Shown one piece after another: positions 29,433 through 32,000 of a DNA stretch of 32,000 nucleotides. Position 1 is the first letter of the stretch, and each line of letters starts with the position of its first letter. The position numbers and the translations under genes were made by a program. The DNA lies in NCBI RefSeq assembly GCF_042660085.1, contig NZ_JBHSTI010000002.1:300001-332000 (forward strand). Direction: 5' to 3'. Under the pieces are notes generated by a model that searched no databases, was not told the origin of the DNA, and was given only the letters and a program-made list of their open reading frames with translations. The DNA is from Longivirga aurantiaca. GTDB taxonomy: Bacteria > Actinomycetota > Actinomycetes > S36-B12 > CAIYMF01.

Positions 29433-30399
29433 GGACCGAGGGCGCGCGCACCGACGCCATCGGAGGCATCTCGACGCCGGCCACTGGGTGCTCGGTGACG
29501 GAGAACCCGGAGGCACCACGGTCGAACTGCAGCAGCGAGGCGGAGACGTCGGCCGCGAGAGAGAGGTCGCCGCGACGGCGCAGCCGCTCGGTCGCCGCCC
29601 GCATGATCTCCGCCGCCATGACGCCGAGGAACCGCTCCTCGTGGTGGCGGTGCACGCGGACGCCGAGGTCGACCTGCGCGATGGCGTCGAGACCGAGCCG
29701 TTCGTAGGTGTCGACGAGGAGCGCGATCTCCACGCCGTAGCCGCAGGGGAACGGCAGCGACTCGAGCAGCGGGCGTCGGGCGGCGTACTCCCCGGCCAGC
29801 GGCTGCACCACCCCTGCGAGCTCGGGCCAGAGCAGGTTCAGCAGCGGCCGCGCGACGAGCTCGGTGACGCGCCCTCCGCCTGCCGGGACGACGGTCGCGC
29901 CCTCGACCAGGGGCCGCTCGTACACGGCCTTGACCAGGTGCACGGAGTCGTCGGTGAGGAGAGGCCCGAGCAGCCCTGTGACGTACGACGGTGTGAACGA
30001 CTGGAGGTCGGCGTCGACGAACACCACGATGTCGCCCGTCGTGACGGCGAGGGATCGCCACATGGCCTCGCCCTTGCCGCCGCTGCCCGTGTGCTCCGGC
30101 AGGATCTCGGCGCGCTGCACGACGCGTGCACCCGCCGCCGCGGCGATCTCGGCGGTCCGGTCGCTGGAGCCGCCGTCGATCACGACGAGCTCGTCGACCA
30201 GGCGTCGGTGCTCGGGCGCGGCCGCCCCGAACGAGCGGTGCACGATCTCGACGATCCGGCCGACCGTGGGCTCCTCGTTGAGCGCGGGGAGCACGACGCT
30301 CACCGTGGTCGGGCCCTTCACGGTCGCGAGGAGGTCGACCGGCCAGTCCGAGGCCGTGGTCGTGCGACGCTCGAACCAGGCTGCGACGTCCTCGCGCAC
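29425..30399 (-). CDS. gpgS: Glucosyl-3-phosphoglycerate synthase
   Basis: GT-A family: TVSVVLPALNEEPTVGRIVEIVHRSF...LVDELVVIDGGSSDRTAEIAAAAGARVVQRAEILPEHTGSGGKGEAMWRSL...GDIVVFVDADLQSF...PLAGEYAARRPLLESLPFPCGYGVEIALL. Confidence 0.93.
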   Translation of the reverse strand: MREDVAAWFERRTTTASDWPVDLLATVKGPTTVSVVLPALNEEPTVGRIVEIVHRSFGAAAPEHRRLVDELVVIDGGSSDRTAEIAAAAGARVVQRAEILPEHTGSGGKGEAMWRSLAVTTGDIVVFVDADLQSFTPSYVTGLLGPLLTDDSVHLVKAVYERPLVEGATVVPAGGGRVTELVARPLLNLLWPELAGVVQPLAGEYAARRPLLESLPFPCGYGVEIALLVDTYERLGLDAIAQVDLGVRVHRHHEERFLGVMAAEIMRAATERLRRRGDLSLAADVSASLLQFDRGASGFSVTEHPVAGVEMPPMASVRAPSVHG

Positions 30400-30552
30400 G
30401 GCTCTCCTTCATCTCAGCGATGTCTCACGATCCGGACCTGCGTCGTCCCGAGGGGCGGGACTCCCGTACAGTCTTGCGCACGGAGTGAACGTCGGCCCCC
30501 GGGCCGGGTGTTCCCTCCCGTCGAGGCTTCCGGCCCGGCACAACAGAACATC

Positions 30553-30705
30553 GCTCATCCAGAGGGGCAGAGGGATACGGCCCGATGAAGCCCCGGCAAC
30601 CACCCGGACAACCTCCGAGCGACGTGCAGACGTCGCGCGAGGCCGACCGGAGAAGGTGCCAACTCCGTCCTGTCGGCCGAACGGTCAGGCAGGGAAGATG
30701 AGGAG
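30553..30705 (+). promoter_or_regulatory. SAM-I (S-box) riboswitch upstream of thrC
   Basis: CTCATCcagaggGGCAGAGGGAtacggCCCGATGAAGCCCCGGCAACC ... GGTGCCAACTCCGTCC ... gggaaGATGAG: P1 CTCATC/GATGAG, conserved GAUGAAGCCCCGGCAACC and GGUGCCAAUUCC-type elements. Confidence 0.93.
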
Positions 30706-30717
30706 AGAGGCCTCGCC

Positions 30718-32000
30718 ATGTCCACGTCGTTCATCCCCGCGTCCGAGCTGCCGGCCGACGACGCTCCCCCCGCCGCCCCCGACTTCGGTCCGGCCGCGCG
30801 CCTCACCTGTCGTGAGTGCGGCTCCTCCTATGCGCTCGGTGCCGCGTACGCCTGCATCGAGTGCTTCGGCCCGCTCGAGGTCGGCTACGACTACGTCGAC
30901 GTGACGCGCGAGCGCATCGAGTCCGGCCCGCAGAACATGTGGCGCTACGCGTGCCTGCTGCCGGTCGCGTCGTACGCCGGCGACGAGCCCAACCTGAACC
31001 CCGGCATGACGCGCCTCGTGCGCGCCGACAACCTGGCGCGGGCGCTCGGGATGACCGGCACGCTCTGGGTCAAGGACGACAGCGGCAACCCGACGCACTC
31101 GTTCAAGGACCGCGTCGTCGCCGTCGCGCAGAGCGCGGCCCGCCGCCTCGGCCTCGGCACCATCGCGTGCGCCTCCACCGGCAACCTCGCCGGTGCCGTG
31201 GCCGCGGCTGCGGCGCGCGGCGGCCAGAAGTCGGTCGTGGTCATCCCGTCCGACCTCGAGGACGGCAAGGTCGTGACGGCGGCGACGTACGGCGGCACGC
31301 TGCTCGCGGTCAACGGCAGCTACGACGACGTCAACCGCCTCTGCTCCGAGCTCATCGGCGACCCGCTCACCGAGGACTGGGGCTTCGTCAACGTCAACCT
31401 GCGCCCGTACTACGCCGAGGGCTCGAAGACGGTCGGGTACGAGATCGCCGAGCAGCTCGGGTGGCGCCTCCCGCAGCAGGTCATCTCGCCGATCGCGTCG
31501 GGGTCGCTGCTCACCAAGGTGGACAAGGCGTTCCGCGAGTTCGTGCAGCTCGGTCTCGTAGCGGACACGCCGTACCGCGTCTTCGGTGCGCAGGCCACGG
31601 GGTGCTCGCCGGTCTCGGTGGCGTTCCGCGAGGGCCACGACGTCGTGCGCCCGCAGCGGCCGAACACCATCGCCAAGTCGCTCGCGATCGGCAACCCGGC
31701 CGACGGCCCCTACGCGCTCGACGCCGTACGCCGCTCCGGCGGCGCGATCGGCGACGTGAGCGACGCGGAGGTGACCGAGGGCATCCGGCTGCTCGCCGAG
31801 ACCGAGGGCATCTTCGCCGAGACCGCGGGCGGTGTGACCGTGGCCGTGCTGCGCCAGCTGCTCGCCTCCGGCGCTGCCGACCCGGCCGCAGAGACCGTGC
31901 TGCTCAACACCGGAGACGGCCTCAAGACCCTCGACGCCGTCCTCGGCCACGTCGGCCCCACCGCCGTGATCGACGCCGACGTCGACGAGGTCACCCGAGT
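30718..32000 (+). CDS. thrC: Threonine synthase (partial, 3' end outside window)
   Basis: ATG at 30718; LTCRECGSSYALGAAYACIECFGPLEVGYDY...GTLWVKDDSGNPTHSFKDRVVAVAQSAARRLG...CASTGNLAGAVAAAAARGG; missing from the ORF track because no stop lies in the window. Confidence 0.95.
   Translation, partial: MSTSFIPASELPADDAPPAAPDFGPAARLTCRECGSSYALGAAYACIECFGPLEVGYDYVDVTRERIESGPQNMWRYACLLPVASYAGDEPNLNPGMTRLVRADNLARALGMTGTLWVKDDSGNPTHSFKDRVVAVAQSAARRLGLGTIACASTGNLAGAVAAAAARGGQKSVVVIPSDLEDGKVVTAATYGGTLLAVNGSYDDVNRLCSELIGDPLTEDWGFVNVNLRPYYAEGSKTVGYEIAEQLGWRLPQQVISPIASGSLLTKVDKAFREFVQLGLVADTPYRVFGAQATGCSPVSVAFREGHDVVRPQRPNTIAKSLAIGNPADGPYALDAVRRSGGAIGDVSDAEVTEGIRLLAETEGIFAETAGGVTVAVLRQLLASGAADPAAETVLLNTGDGLKTLDAVLGHVGPTAVIDADVDEVTR

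Noticed and set aside
30445-30461. gtcccg-agggg-cgggac hairpin upstream of gpgS and thrC
   Set aside because: A 6-bp stem is common by chance at this GC content, and it has no adjacent T-tract or conserved context.

Overview
High-GC actinobacterial chromosomal window (Nocardioidaceae-like by gene content; this is inference). Most of it is ordinary core genome: phoU | senX3-regX3, a lipoprotein, carD, a PIN/TRAM protein, ispD-ispF, a PPOX-like protein, cysS, rlmB, a cation/proton antiporter, DUF4032, ugpC/msmK-type ABC ATPase, otsB-otsA, kynureninase, a TetR regulator divergent from two membrane proteins, tRNA-Thr(TGT), an MFS transporter, an APH-like kinase, a metallophosphoesterase, an EamA transporter, an ion channel, a cupin, DUF3263, a LytR_C protein, gpgS, and a SAM-I riboswitch in front of thrC. 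I found no convincing undescribed multi-gene system such as defence, BGC, CRISPR or prophage. The items most worth a second look are: (1) a scar next to tRNA-Thr, where a beta-helix-type surface protein gene is cut off by the 3' end of an IS481-like transposase; (2) an NlpC/P60 hydrolase gene with an internal -1 frameshift and no usable 5' end; (3) paired GTGTAC-N3-GTACAC palindromes between tetR and a divergent membrane-protein pair; (4) the SAM-I riboswitch placed before threonine synthase; (5) a 69-bp unit bounded by perfect 13-bp inverted repeats between ugpC and the DUF4032 gene; (6) phased GTGAAC repeats at the senX3 start. Large ORFs on the opposite strand of these genes are GC-driven mirror ORFs.
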